Shown here: positions 1 to 9,857 of the stretch, one piece after another
How the letters are laid out: every line of letters begins with the position of its first letter
Position numbering within the stretch: position 1 is the stretch's first letter
DNA from: Escherichia phage usur
Sequence record: MN850624.1
Direction: 5' to 3' (one strand)
Length of the DNA: 41,906 nucleotides
Translations under genes and position numbers: made by a program
Notes under the pieces: generated by a model
What the model was told of the DNA's origin: nothing
The model's database searches: none
The model's input: the letters and a program-made list of their open reading frames with translations, nothing else

Positions 1-39
1 CACCCACGGCCTGTTCAATGTGTCAGCTTTCAGATGCCC

Positions 40-576
40 CTACAGCGTCGCACAGTAAGCGCTACAGCGTTTTGCACGAGCAACCAAGGCATCCCTATAG
101 CGAACGACTGTCGGGGCTTTAGAAGCCTTTAGGAACGCAATACGAAGGTCACAGACGGCTGCTGCTGCGGCGTGAGGTTCCAGACGTTGTGCTGCTTCCA
201 AGGTGACAGTACCAATATCCCCGTCCTGTGCAACGCCGCATACCCGCTGTAGAGCTTTCGCAGCACGGGAGATGCCGGAGTTGACGCCGTAGTCAAACAC
301 GGCACATGCAATCGCAGGGTGAAGCTCGTCACCTCTGATGGGGCTGTAGTAGTCCCGGCGATAGATTGCTTCGGCTTGCTCTTTGGTGAGCTGTTTAATA
401 GGCACGCACACAGTGCCGCCAAGCCCAGTAGGGACACCACAAGCTCTGCCATCCAGCTTCCCATCACGAGCGTCACTAATTCCATGGTTGGTTTCCCCTC
501 CAGTGTCACCGGGCAGCTTGGTGTACCCACCCTCGGCCAGCCCGGTGAACTTCATACAGATTTCAAAGTTAGTCAT
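40..576 (-). CDS. endolysin, GH108-like lysozyme domain plus peptidoglycan-binding domain
   Basis: N-terminal 'GLAEGGYTKLPGDTGGETNHGIS' matches the GH108 signature (EGGY...D.GG.T..GI); C-terminal 'DGDIGTVTLEAA' resembles a PG_binding_3 motif. Last gene of the phage, the usual position in phiKMV-like genomes. No signal peptide or SAR helix seen. Confidence 0.7.
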   Translation of the reverse strand: MTNFEICMKFTGLAEGGYTKLPGDTGGETNHGISDARDGKLDGRACGVPTGLGGTVCVPIKQLTKEQAEAIYRRDYYSPIRGDELHPAIACAVFDYGVNSGISRAAKALQRVCGVAQDGDIGTVTLEAAQRLEPHAAAAAVCDLRIAFLKASKAPTVVRYRDALVARAKRCSAYCATL

Positions 577-959
577 TACATCCCCACAATCGTTGTGATA
601 AAGGACTGGAGCGCCGTGAGGTCGCCAGCCTTGACCGCAAGATAGATACCGCTAACGAGTGAAGCGGTCAGGAGACACCACTTGACGGCGTGAGCCGCGT
701 AAGAGAACAGCTTACCGATGTGGCTCATAGTCTTTTGAATGTCCTGAATTTGCTCGACGACACGGAGCTGCTGCTGAATCTCCAGCCACCGGGAGTCGTT
801 CTCCGATAGCTTGGCCAGCATAGCAGCATCACCTTTCTCAAGGTTGGCGATTTGAATCTCGTGTTTGTCGAGGCGAGTTTCTACGGATTGCATACGAGCC
901 TCCACAGCGCCCATACGCGAGTGGATGTTAGGAGTTGGCTCCTTCTTTGCTTCCGTCAT
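576..959 (-). CDS. membrane protein with N-terminal coiled-coil and C-terminal TM helix; possible holin/antiholin
   Basis: 127 aa ORF; heptad-like polar N-terminus, hydrophobic stretch 'VKWCLLTASLVSGIYLAV' near the C-terminus. Sits between the lipoprotein gene and the endolysin. True start may be the internal Met (MGAVEARMQ...). Confidence 0.35.
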   Translation of the reverse strand: MTEAKKEPTPNIHSRMGAVEARMQSVETRLDKHEIQIANLEKGDAAMLAKLSENDSRWLEIQQQLRVVEQIQDIQKTMSHIGKLFSYAAHAVKWCLLTASLVSGIYLAVKAGDLTALQSFITTIVGM

Positions 960-1416
960 CTTTCACCTTCTTCTTCCACGGAGATGGTACAAACCACATC
1001 ACCAGACCTAAGATACAAGTAAGGCCCATGCCAAATGCCCACAGGAGACTGCGTGGGTCGCTCTGAGAGACCACGATAGTCTTAGCCTGCACGTTTCCAT
1101 TGGTAATCTGCGAACCCTGCTTAGAAGCGTTTACAGAGCCTCCTGTGACGTCCTTCACAGTCGTCGAATCACTACCCTGTTTAGCGGTATCCACTTGCGC
1201 GTTACCAGATACGTCACCGACCTTCGTTTCGTCGGACTGTTTCGCAGTCAAGCCGATGCCCTGTTTCGTGTTCTCTGCGCCAACCTGTGCCGTTAGTTCC
1301 GGCTTATTGGGAGAGACAGCCGAGGTTACAGCAGACAGTGCGCTTGTTGCGGAGCAGCCCGTCAAAGTCAAGGACAGTGACAGGACTGCCCCGGCCATAA
1401 GCCGAGACAGTTTCAT
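928..1416 (-). CDS. outer-membrane lipoprotein with C-terminal TM anchor; candidate unimolecular spanin
   Basis: N-terminus 'MKLSRLMAGAVLSLSLTLTGCSA' is a signal peptide with lipobox (LTGC); C-terminus 'LLWAFGMGLTCILGLVMWFVPSPWKKKVK' is a TM helix followed by a basic stretch; the middle is Thr/Ser/Gln/Lys-rich. Located in the lysis cassette. Confidence 0.5.
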   Translation of the reverse strand: MKLSRLMAGAVLSLSLTLTGCSATSALSAVTSAVSPNKPELTAQVGAENTKQGIGLTAKQSDETKVGDVSGNAQVDTAKQGSDSTTVKDVTGGSVNASKQGSQITNGNVQAKTIVVSQSDPRSLLWAFGMGLTCILGLVMWFVPSPWKKKVKDDGSKEGANS

Positions 1417-1425
1417 ATTGACCCC

Positions 1426-1611
1426 TTAGTTGGTCAGCGCAGTGAGCGCGTTGGACACACGAGTGACATACGCCTGATACGCCGCCACCAGCGTGGTGTT
1501 GGTGGTGTCGAAGAAGTAGTCCTCAGTCCACACGTTCAGGTACTTAGCCGCCATATTACAGGCTGCCACGAACTCTGCGCGTTCGGCTGCGGTAGAATCT
1601 ACAAGTGCCAT
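1426..1611 (-). CDS. hypothetical protein
   Basis: 61 aa ORF in gene-strand orientation, packed between neighbours; no TM segment. Confidence 0.35.
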   Translation of the reverse strand: MALVDSTAAERAEFVAACNMAAKYLNVWTEDYFFDTTNTTLVAAYQAYVTRVSNALTALTN

Positions 1612-1622
1612 AAAGACTCCTA

Positions 1623-2303
1623 TTAAGAGAGGGTAATGCCAGTGATTGCACCAGCGGAAACAGCGAAGGTCACGGTGTTGGTGTACGTGCCAGTGACCGG
1701 GATTGCCAGTGCATCACCGTTATCCACCATAGCCACAGTAGCGGCGAGGTTGAAGCCGGAGAGAGCACCGTTGCTTGCCACGACAGCGGTGGCGTTGTGG
1801 CCATCAGCGCCAGCAGAGTTACGGACGGAATAAGCCGTACCGTTAACCACTGCATCAGCGTTGGCCGGGAGCCGCACGTTGCTCAGCAGACCATCAGCTA
1901 CACGGGCCGTAGCGGTGGTGATGCCGAGGATAGAGCCGTCGAAGCGACGAATCTCAGTTGCGTCAGTGTGGTCTACCAGAGCTGCGGTAGACAGGACGAG
2001 CTGCACGTTATCCAGCGTGGTGCCAGTAACGTTGGCGGTGGCATTGTGCGCGTCGTTGCCTGCGGAGTTGACCACAGATACAGTAGCGCCGTCAGCCAGC
2101 AGAGCGGAACCTTCCGGCGTACCAGCATAGCCAGCCGCCTCAAGTGCCGCCACCAGATTGGTGATAGCCGTTTCAATGTCAGCAGCCTGAGCTGCCGTCA
2201 CTGCACGGGTGTCATTGATGAAGCGCTGAGTCTCGTTAGCTGCGATACCGCAGCGATAACCAAGCTCATACCGCTGAGCATCAGTGATGGTGATGATGGA
2301 CAT
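1623..2303 (-). CDS. hypothetical protein with internal tandem repeat; possible minor virion/fibre protein
   Basis: 226 aa, rich in A/T/V/N/G/S; two related segments ('VSVVNSAGNDAHNATANVTG' and 'YSVRNSAGADGHNATAVVAS'). Start abuts the stop region of the terminase large subunit. Confidence 0.45.
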   Translation of the reverse strand: MSIITITDAQRYELGYRCGIAANETQRFINDTRAVTAAQAADIETAITNLVAALEAAGYAGTPEGSALLADGATVSVVNSAGNDAHNATANVTGTTLDNVQLVLSTAALVDHTDATEIRRFDGSILGITTATARVADGLLSNVRLPANADAVVNGTAYSVRNSAGADGHNATAVVASNGALSGFNLAATVAMVDNGDALAIPVTGTYTNTVTFAVSAGAITGITLS

Positions 2304-4063
2304 TATCTAATTCTCCGTCGCGTACCGCGTACAGGCTTGTGGCTGCGCCATTTCGGGTCATCGTACCCCATAGGGTTGGCGATGAACTCTTTGGCCACAG
2401 CGACTGCACGGCGCTCCGCTTCTTCGTTTTCGTCTTGCTGCAACACCTCGGCGTGGAGGTACACGGCAGCGGCTAAGGTTTCAATTCGGTCATCGTGTGG
2501 GATGGATTGACGGTCTTGAGTCAGGTTCTGGAGCTGCCAGAACAGGCTGTACTCACGGCCACCGTTGGCCATACCCCGGCATAACCGCAGGTCTTCTTCA
2601 ACAACGCTCCAGTGGATAACCACACGGTGGCGCTGCATGATTGGGCCGAGGCGGTTGATGATACGCACCTCTTTCTGGCCGGACGAGTACACACCCTCGC
2701 AGCCCATGGTCAGCTTCTGCCGCTTAATCTCACCTCGGTACATGTTGGTCACGGTGCCGTGGCCCATGTTGTCCTCAATGACGAGACGTTTGCAGCCCAA
2801 CTCACCTAACCACGACACCGCCGTCTGGATGTTTTCCTCCGTCTGGCCGCCGTGGTAGACGTGCATACCAAGGACGTGGATAAACGGGCCGATAGAAGCG
2901 GTGACGATGATAACTGATTCATCCGACCCACCACCAGCAGGGTCAAGAAACGCCGAGGCATTTTCGAATGGTACATAAGTGTCCGAGAAATCAGCAGCCA
3001 AGAATAGCTGCGCACGAGCGAGTGGGAAATCCAGTGGCAGCTCGGCGGCGTGCCGTGGGTGATTCGACCAATGCAAGACTTCCGGCGCGGAGATAGGCGA
3101 GCCGTGGAAGAAGATTAAGTCCTTGAGATGCAAGGTCTGTTTGAGAGCATCCGACAGAGAAGTGTCCAGCATGAACTGCAACTGGAAGCCTGCCTGCTGG
3201 TAGTCTCGTTCGTTCTGCAACTGCTTTTCTTCGGAGTAGCGTTGCGGGTCGGTCTGCGCACCACGGTTCCCAAGGATACCGTAGCCTGTGCGAAGTTCCG
3301 GGTGGCCCTCCATCTTCTGCTTAATCCACGGGGCCAGACAGCCGCCGTAGCGTTCTTCTTCCTCAACCGTTGGGAAACGACCGGGCCAGATGCGAACGTC
3401 GAAGCCACGCTGCGGGAGCGTGTTGTAGATGGAGTCCTGAGTCTGTGGCGTGCCGAGGTACAGAATCTCTGCACCATCGTTGGCGATAGCCGCGAACTCT
3501 TTGGTCAGGGTGTTGATACGGGCGCGGTTGGCAGGAGAGCTACCGTTACTGGTAGTCTCCACGTCATCGGCAATCAACAGCGATACGTGGTTCCCCTGCA
3601 ACTGGCCGAAGATACCGACCGCTTTTACAGAGGGTTGTTTGTCAGGGATACGGAATGCGTGATGCACGTCGAAGCCATCGGTGTACGATGTACGTGCGCC
3701 AGCGCGAGTCTCCGGGCGTAACCATTCCAACCTGTCCCATTGCATGATAGCCGACACGATAGCGTGCGACAGCGTACCAGCATAGTCGTCGGAACCGGAT
3801 ACGAGCAGGACAGTGGCGTTCGGCATCTGCACAAATTCGTACAGAGCACGGGCAATGCCGATGGTGGACTTAGCCTCACCACGCTGCGCCATGACGCACT
3901 TGTTCTTGAGCGTCCGGTCGGCCATGTAGCGGCCAATGTCGAGCTGCATTTCAGTGAGGTCAAAGCCCAGCCATGCGAAGTAGTCATGCAGGAACAGCGG
4001 GAAGTTGTTCTCGTAGTGAGCGCGAACGATTCCTGCCATCACCATGCGGCGTTGTAAATCCAT
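2303..4063 (-). CDS. terminase large subunit (DNA maturase B)
   Basis: 586 aa, the same length class as T7 gp19; position after the small subunit and tailspike as in phiKMV-like phages. Confidence 0.85.
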   Translation of the reverse strand: MDLQRRMVMAGIVRAHYENNFPLFLHDYFAWLGFDLTEMQLDIGRYMADRTLKNKCVMAQRGEAKSTIGIARALYEFVQMPNATVLLVSGSDDYAGTLSHAIVSAIMQWDRLEWLRPETRAGARTSYTDGFDVHHAFRIPDKQPSVKAVGIFGQLQGNHVSLLIADDVETTSNGSSPANRARINTLTKEFAAIANDGAEILYLGTPQTQDSIYNTLPQRGFDVRIWPGRFPTVEEEERYGGCLAPWIKQKMEGHPELRTGYGILGNRGAQTDPQRYSEEKQLQNERDYQQAGFQLQFMLDTSLSDALKQTLHLKDLIFFHGSPISAPEVLHWSNHPRHAAELPLDFPLARAQLFLAADFSDTYVPFENASAFLDPAGGGSDESVIIVTASIGPFIHVLGMHVYHGGQTEENIQTAVSWLGELGCKRLVIEDNMGHGTVTNMYRGEIKRQKLTMGCEGVYSSGQKEVRIINRLGPIMQRHRVVIHWSVVEEDLRLCRGMANGGREYSLFWQLQNLTQDRQSIPHDDRIETLAAAVYLHAEVLQQDENEEAERRAVAVAKEFIANPMGYDDPKWRSHKPVRGTRRRIR

Positions 4064-4368
4064 TAGTGCATCATCCCGCTATCTTCTGCGATTGAGTTGA
4101 TGGCAGCAGTCATGATATCCTTACGGCCAGCCTCGGTCTTCTCGTTGTTGAGCTGTTCTTGCAGCGCGAGCAGGTCGTCGGCGTGGTCTTTATCAGCCTG
4201 AATGCCGTTGTCTTTCAGGAACTGGCGAAGCACAGACAGCTCAGCCGCCGCCATAGGTTCGATGATATTACCGTTCTCATCTTTTCTACGTGCGTCGGCC
4301 AAGCGGTCGGACAGATACTCCACCAGCATCCGGTGCAGCCCGTCGAGCTGCTTGTTCACGGATGCCAT
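4063..4368 (-). CDS. terminase small subunit (DNA maturase A)
   Basis: 101 aa charged helical protein immediately upstream of and overlapping the large-subunit start. Confidence 0.6.
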   Translation of the reverse strand: MASVNKQLDGLHRMLVEYLSDRLADARRKDENGNIIEPMAAAELSVLRQFLKDNGIQADKDHADDLLALQEQLNNEKTEAGRKDIMTAAINSIAEDSGMMH

Positions 4369-4377
4369 GGTTTCTCC

Positions 4378-6750
4378 TTAGATATAAGTGACCGGGTACG
4401 TCGCGGCAAGCTGAGTCCCAGCAGGGATAGCCGTAACGAGCGCCGGGGTAATGTCGATGCGTACCGGGTTCCCGATGTTGTTGTCCACCTGATAAGGCGC
4501 ACGAACCACCGTAACCGTCAGTGGCGCACCACCAGCGCCAGCGCCCGGCACCTGTAGACGAGTACCAGCCGAGATAGGCTTATGGTACAGCCACGAGGTG
4601 GAAGCCTGAGTACCAGCCGGAGTCAGGTTCTGCTCAAGATACGTCTGGCCAGCGGCAGCAGCACGCACCTTGAAGTTGTTCCCATCATCCGGGATATACG
4701 CACCGAAGCCTGTCACGATGAAGTTGCCACCTGAGCCGTCAGTCTTAAACAGCACCGTCCCCTCGCAGAACTCTTTACCAGTCGGGAACTCCCCACCAGT
4801 CAGGGTTGCAAGGTTATTCGGTAGCGTGTACATGCGGTTGACCGGAGACAGGATGACGCCTACGTTACCTTGGATGTTGGTGTACGGGATAGCACGCACG
4901 TTGGAGTTCAGCGTGCTGATATCCGAGTAGCGAGCCTTACTGTACAGCGCACCCTCAGTCATGCCCTCGCCGTAGAAGTTCACGTTCACCATGTTGAGAA
5001 CAGTCTTCTTGCGCGGGTACAGACCGTTGGATGAAGTGCCGCCGCTGGAGTCATCGCCCACAGCATCGAACACCACCCCGGTCACGTTGGTCATATTCAG
5101 CAGCGTTGCCACGCCGAACAGACTCATCGTATGACAGTGGATGTTTTCCAGATGGTACGTGTTGTTGTTCACGTCATCAGAGCCAACGCCAGCATAGAAG
5201 CGTCCGGTACGGGTCTGCACGTTGCGCACAGTCATGTCAAACGAAGGACATGCCGCGCCCGGCGTACCGCCTGCACCTGCTTGGTTCGCACCCCACTCCA
5301 GCATAACGAGACGAATCGCGTTAGGAGAAGTTGCGCCAGTGTTGATTGGCTCACCAGCCACGCCATCAATGGTCATTCGCTTGCAGCCGTAGGTGATTAC
5401 ACCTGCCGCCGTCAGGCCAGTGCCAGTTGACACAGCGAGGTCAGGGTTACAGAACACGTTCTCACACACGCTGTCGCGGGTAACTTCGAAGTGGACAACC
5501 TGACGCACGCCACGCGGAGCATGGACGTTACGGACTACCACGTTCTTGGCGTACTGCGTTTCAGCAGCATCCCAACCGAACGGGCCTTGGCCAGCAATAC
5601 CAATGCCGATACCCCAGTTGGACAGGGGGATAGGAGCGGTCGTACCGTCGAGGTCTTCAAGGTAGATGTTCTCAATCAGCAGGCCACCATCATAGTGCTT
5701 GTTGATTACGTTCATCTCAATGCCGTCACCCAGCATGTTCATCATAGCGATGTTGCGGATAACGCCGTTCTCGATAGCCTCACCCGTACCCTGCTGGAGA
5801 ATACCGAACTTGCCATTGCGGTGGATACCGTTCTCAATGACGTAGCTGCCCCCGGCGATGTTACCTTGGAACAGGATGCTCGCTACCTTGGAGTTCGATG
5901 GCGCACCAGTGAACTCGTAATCGGAGATGCGAACCTTGCCACCCCAGTAACAGACACGGACAGTGGAGGCTTTGAAGTCACGGAACGTGGAATCCAGCAG
6001 CCGGATATCAGCCGTACCGTTCCAAGTGCCGCCGACAACCTCGATACCGTCCATCAGGACAGTGGAGTTGACAGTACCGACCCAGCCACGGGCATCCACA
6101 GTCTTAGCGTTAGCCTTGGCATAGTCGAAGCACGCTTGTACCGCAGCGGCGATAGAGGCGTACCCGGTGTTGTTGGTGAACTCTGACAGGCATACGGTAT
6201 CCTGACGGTCAAGGAACGTACCGCCGCCCAGTGTACCAATCCACTTACCGCCGTCAGCCATTGCCAAAGCAATCGCCAGTGCGGAGTCAGGGATATCAAC
6301 CAGAGGAATCATGAACGGCTGGCCATTGCTGTCAAAGCCCAGTGCCTTGTTGCGGCGGCCAGCGACGTTCGGTAATGCGTTGATGGAGACTTCGGAGTTT
6401 GGGACACGGACGGCGCGGTCAAGCGGCGCGAGCCATGCTTCCTGAGTTTCCTCAGCCTTGAACAGAATCTGCTCGAAGTTCTCGTCGAGGTTGCTGCCCG
6501 TAAAGGCAGCGTCCTGTCCGAACTTGTTCAGCAGAGTCTCAGAGGTGTAGCGTTGCAAACGGACAATCACCCCGGCAAGCGGGGCGGTGTCAAAGACAAT
6601 CTGTTTGGTCACAGAGTTGTAGGTGTACCCGCTCGTCTGGAGTTCGGAGTTGAGGTACACCTGAATCTGTGTGAACACGCGCTGCTCAAACGTAACGAGG
6701 AACGCGGTCTGCGAGCCGTTCGCCACGTAAGTGTTGTAGCTGTTCGCCAT
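4378..6750 (-). CDS. tail fibre/tailspike with T7 gp17-like N-terminal adaptor and beta-helix depolymerase domain
   Basis: 790 aa; N-terminus 'MANSYNTYVANGSQTAFLVTFEQ...' resembles the T7 gp17 N-terminal domain; central region is Gly/Asn/Thr/Val-rich in a way typical of pectate-lyase-like right-handed beta-helices. Confidence 0.75.
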   Translation of the reverse strand: MANSYNTYVANGSQTAFLVTFEQRVFTQIQVYLNSELQTSGYTYNSVTKQIVFDTAPLAGVIVRLQRYTSETLLNKFGQDAAFTGSNLDENFEQILFKAEETQEAWLAPLDRAVRVPNSEVSINALPNVAGRRNKALGFDSNGQPFMIPLVDIPDSALAIALAMADGGKWIGTLGGGTFLDRQDTVCLSEFTNNTGYASIAAAVQACFDYAKANAKTVDARGWVGTVNSTVLMDGIEVVGGTWNGTADIRLLDSTFRDFKASTVRVCYWGGKVRISDYEFTGAPSNSKVASILFQGNIAGGSYVIENGIHRNGKFGILQQGTGEAIENGVIRNIAMMNMLGDGIEMNVINKHYDGGLLIENIYLEDLDGTTAPIPLSNWGIGIGIAGQGPFGWDAAETQYAKNVVVRNVHAPRGVRQVVHFEVTRDSVCENVFCNPDLAVSTGTGLTAAGVITYGCKRMTIDGVAGEPINTGATSPNAIRLVMLEWGANQAGAGGTPGAACPSFDMTVRNVQTRTGRFYAGVGSDDVNNNTYHLENIHCHTMSLFGVATLLNMTNVTGVVFDAVGDDSSGGTSSNGLYPRKKTVLNMVNVNFYGEGMTEGALYSKARYSDISTLNSNVRAIPYTNIQGNVGVILSPVNRMYTLPNNLATLTGGEFPTGKEFCEGTVLFKTDGSGGNFIVTGFGAYIPDDGNNFKVRAAAAGQTYLEQNLTPAGTQASTSWLYHKPISAGTRLQVPGAGAGGAPLTVTVVRAPYQVDNNIGNPVRIDITPALVTAIPAGTQLAATYPVTYI

Positions 6751-9700
6751 TATTCACCCTTAACTGCTTCGTTGAGTGCCCGGACGCCCGGCACGATTGA
6801 GATGAGTGGGATAGCTTGGATGATGTTACCTGCCGTTTTACGAGCGCCGGACACTGCCTGCTCGGTATCACCAGTCAGCACGCCGCCAGCAGCACTGGTA
6901 GCTGCACCCGCCACACCGTAAGCGCGGTCAAGGAACAGCAAGCCCGGCGCACCGAAGCTACGCTGCTGCCCAGTCAGGACGCCAGTGAACTCAGAGGCAA
7001 AGCCGATAGCACCAAGATAATTCAGCGCTTGGCCAGCCAGCTTGTTAGGTGCCATGGTTTCCGGGTCAGAGAATGCTTTACCGGAAATCACGTTATTGGC
7101 GGCAGTGGCCATCATTGCCAGCGGGTACTGGTACGCCATGAGCGTAGCCATGCCACGCGCACCCTCACGATTCCATGTACCCACCAGAGTCTTGTTGTGC
7201 GTAGCCGCGACGAATCGACGGAACGTAAACAGGAACTTACCCAGTGTACTGAACTCAGCAAATGCAGGCAGCTCACCTACACGAGCGCGAACAATAGCGT
7301 CATCCATGGCATTCATCATGACAATGCGAGAGCGATTGAACACCCCTTCATCCCAAGCGTCGGGCTTGGTGCCATGAGTACCAACCTGCTTGCGAATGTC
7401 AGCCAGCAGCGCGTCATTGGCACCATAGGTTTTCATGGCTGCGATAGCCTTGGCATCACCTTCGGCTGCCTTACGCAGCGTCTGCATCACGAGCGCAGCA
7501 TTGGTTCGAGTCTGGTGGAAGTGGATGTATTTCTGCATGTTGATGAACATCGTGGCGTCACGGGCGTGCTCAAGACGCATAACCCACGGTGACTTGTCAG
7601 CAGAGAACATGTCTTCATAGTGCTGCATGATTGGGCGCATACGGATATCGCTCGCCACGGCAGCGGTCAGAGCTTCCTCAGCATCCAAGGCCAACTGACG
7701 ACCTTCCTTAGTAGTAGCCCTCATTTGCTTAAATAATGCGCGAGCTTCCGGGATTGTACGCATCATGGCGCGAAATGTGTTGACCGCCCCGAAACGTTGC
7801 ATCATCGTGCCGTATTCCACCAACTGCCACAGACCGGACGCAGCCAGACCAGTAGCCTGAGTCAGTGCGGAGAGCTGGCGCATGAACTGCGGCATTTCCT
7901 CGCCGACCGGGGAACCCTGATAGTAGGCCATGATATTGTCATACTGCTCCAGTGCTTGGCGTCGAGCCGTACCATCCTTGATGGATTTGGCCAGAGCCTC
8001 ACGAGCAGCAGCGCGTTCGGCGTCAGTACCCAGTCCAGCCTCATGCAGAGCCAATCGCCCTGTAATGCGGCGGTTGTACGCATCCATCATGCTGGTGATG
8101 CTGTCATCGAACAGGTCACGCACCTGCAAGTTAGGGCCGAGCTGGTGCATCATGTCGATGTTGATACGGCTCTTAAGCATCGACGGTCGGCCAGCGTCCG
8201 AGCCAGATTCACGAAGGAGTGCGGAAGCACGGGCCTTGGCAGCCTCGTCAAGTCCTTTCGAGTTCTCAATGATTTCGAGCAGCTCATCGCGGCCCTCCTT
8301 GTTGATAATCATACCGGAGTTGTCGATACCGTAACCCTTGCGGCGAGCACGCTCCACCATGGCATGGGCAATGACGTTGGCAGTCGGACGGTCAGTACCG
8401 ATACCGCGCTGCACGGCAGTCGTCATCTGCTTCATGAATGCTTTCTTGCCAAGCAGTTGCTCAGCCTGCTCAACCTTGGTTACGTTCATCCGACGCGGGT
8501 AGTAGTACGGGTTCTTCTCCACGAAGCCCGGCTCAACCATACCCTTGCGCTCCAGCTCCCGGCCCACGGCGCGAGAGTATTCGCCCAGTCGGTCAGCAGC
8601 ATTGGCCACGTTCGGGTTAGCGCCACGGAAGTTGTTGTCAATCATGCGCTTGTCCAGCTCAAGACGAACAGCAGCTTCGAACTCCTGCTGCGCCCGGCGA
8701 TAGCCAACCGGGTCACGGAAGCGTCGGATGTTACTCCAGCCATCAGTGGTCAGGGCATGGCGCAGGGTGTCCTCGTACTGATTCAGCAGCACACCGAAGC
8801 GAGCCTGAGTCTCGCGCTGGATTGCAGCAGCAGAGGTCATGTTCGGATTCAGCGGGTCATCCAGCAGACGCCCGGCCAGAGCACTGGCTTCGTCAGAATG
8901 CTGACTGAACGACTTGAACAGTGACCACTCAAGGAACGGGCGCTTGGGGTTGGTCTGCTCACCACGGCGAGCGAGGTCGAGTCCACGCTGAGCCGCAGCT
9001 CGGATGGATTCAGGAACCTCATCAGTCTCCATTGCACCGCGACGCCCGAAGCCCAGTGACATTGCCAGCGGAGACATGGCGTTGTTCGGGTCGAACTGCG
9101 GCGGGTTGTTCGGGTCAATCCCGTTACGGCGCTGCATCTCTGCCGCAAATTCCTCCGGCGACAGCTCATCAAGGCGACGAGCTGGTGCAGCGGCTGGGCG
9201 ATAGAATGCAGTGGTGGCCGCCCCGTGCAGGGCAGCCGCAAAGATAATCTCGTTCTGAGACACTGGGCGTGCTTCATTACCCACCGCTGTCATAGTGACA
9301 GCAGTTGAAGCTGCACCGACAGCGGCGGTTCCGAGGCGACCAAGTTTCAGGGCAGTGCCTGCTCCCATCGAGAGCAGGTCAGTGGCGAGGTACAGCGGGT
9401 CAGCGAATTGCAGCACTGCGTTCATCACTGGCGCAGTGTGAGCCAACTGGGTACGCTCGCGCATCTCTTGGAGCTGCTGTGTACGCCAGTTGAACTCATC
9501 CATTGATTTGGACTTGAACAGGAACGTGCGGTCATCCTCAGTCACCGGGAACTGGACATTCTGCAATGCCTCGTTCGGGTGGAAGTCAGGGTCAGCCTGA
9601 AACACAGGCTTGTTGATTGCCGCATCAAAGAGCTGAGTGGTATCCCAGTTCTTCACAGAAGCGCTCAAAGCCGTGGCAATTGGGGTTGCTTCCAGTTCCT

Positions 9701-9857
9701 GCATCTTATCGAACTGCTCAACAGCACCCTTACGAGTGGCGTCTTGCAGTGGAGTGCTGAGCGTCTCAGCTTTTACGGGAGCTGGAATCACCAGCGTAGG
9801 GGCGTTGGCCCCCTGCTTGGGAGCCATGAACTTGTCGAGCGATTCTTGTGTAATCAT
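6750..9857 (-). CDS. internal virion (ejection) protein, gp16-like
   Basis: 1035 aa, last of three consecutive internal-virion-protein genes after tail tubular B; Ala/Arg-rich helical composition. Confidence 0.7.
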   Translation of the reverse strand: MITQESLDKFMAPKQGANAPTLVIPAPVKAETLSTPLQDATRKGAVEQFDKMQELEATPIATALSASVKNWDTTQLFDAAINKPVFQADPDFHPNEALQNVQFPVTEDDRTFLFKSKSMDEFNWRTQQLQEMRERTQLAHTAPVMNAVLQFADPLYLATDLLSMGAGTALKLGRLGTAAVGAASTAVTMTAVGNEARPVSQNEIIFAAALHGAATTAFYRPAAAPARRLDELSPEEFAAEMQRRNGIDPNNPPQFDPNNAMSPLAMSLGFGRRGAMETDEVPESIRAAAQRGLDLARRGEQTNPKRPFLEWSLFKSFSQHSDEASALAGRLLDDPLNPNMTSAAAIQRETQARFGVLLNQYEDTLRHALTTDGWSNIRRFRDPVGYRRAQQEFEAAVRLELDKRMIDNNFRGANPNVANAADRLGEYSRAVGRELERKGMVEPGFVEKNPYYYPRRMNVTKVEQAEQLLGKKAFMKQMTTAVQRGIGTDRPTANVIAHAMVERARRKGYGIDNSGMIINKEGRDELLEIIENSKGLDEAAKARASALLRESGSDAGRPSMLKSRINIDMMHQLGPNLQVRDLFDDSITSMMDAYNRRITGRLALHEAGLGTDAERAAAREALAKSIKDGTARRQALEQYDNIMAYYQGSPVGEEMPQFMRQLSALTQATGLAASGLWQLVEYGTMMQRFGAVNTFRAMMRTIPEARALFKQMRATTKEGRQLALDAEEALTAAVASDIRMRPIMQHYEDMFSADKSPWVMRLEHARDATMFINMQKYIHFHQTRTNAALVMQTLRKAAEGDAKAIAAMKTYGANDALLADIRKQVGTHGTKPDAWDEGVFNRSRIVMMNAMDDAIVRARVGELPAFAEFSTLGKFLFTFRRFVAATHNKTLVGTWNREGARGMATLMAYQYPLAMMATAANNVISGKAFSDPETMAPNKLAGQALNYLGAIGFASEFTGVLTGQQRSFGAPGLLFLDRAYGVAGAATSAAGGVLTGDTEQAVSGARKTAGNIIQAIPLISIVPGVRALNEAVKGE

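Noticed and set aside
7797-8924. Long plus-strand ORFs (e.g. 7797-8924, 16315-17355, 17292-18167, 5491-6186, 9881-10546, 12026-12556, 3128-3721)
   Set aside because: All lie antisense to well-supported minus-strand genes (internal virion proteins, capsid, scaffold, tailspike, terminase). Their products are Arg/Ser/His-rich with no recognisable motifs, and antisense ORFs of this size are expected in a GC-rich genome.
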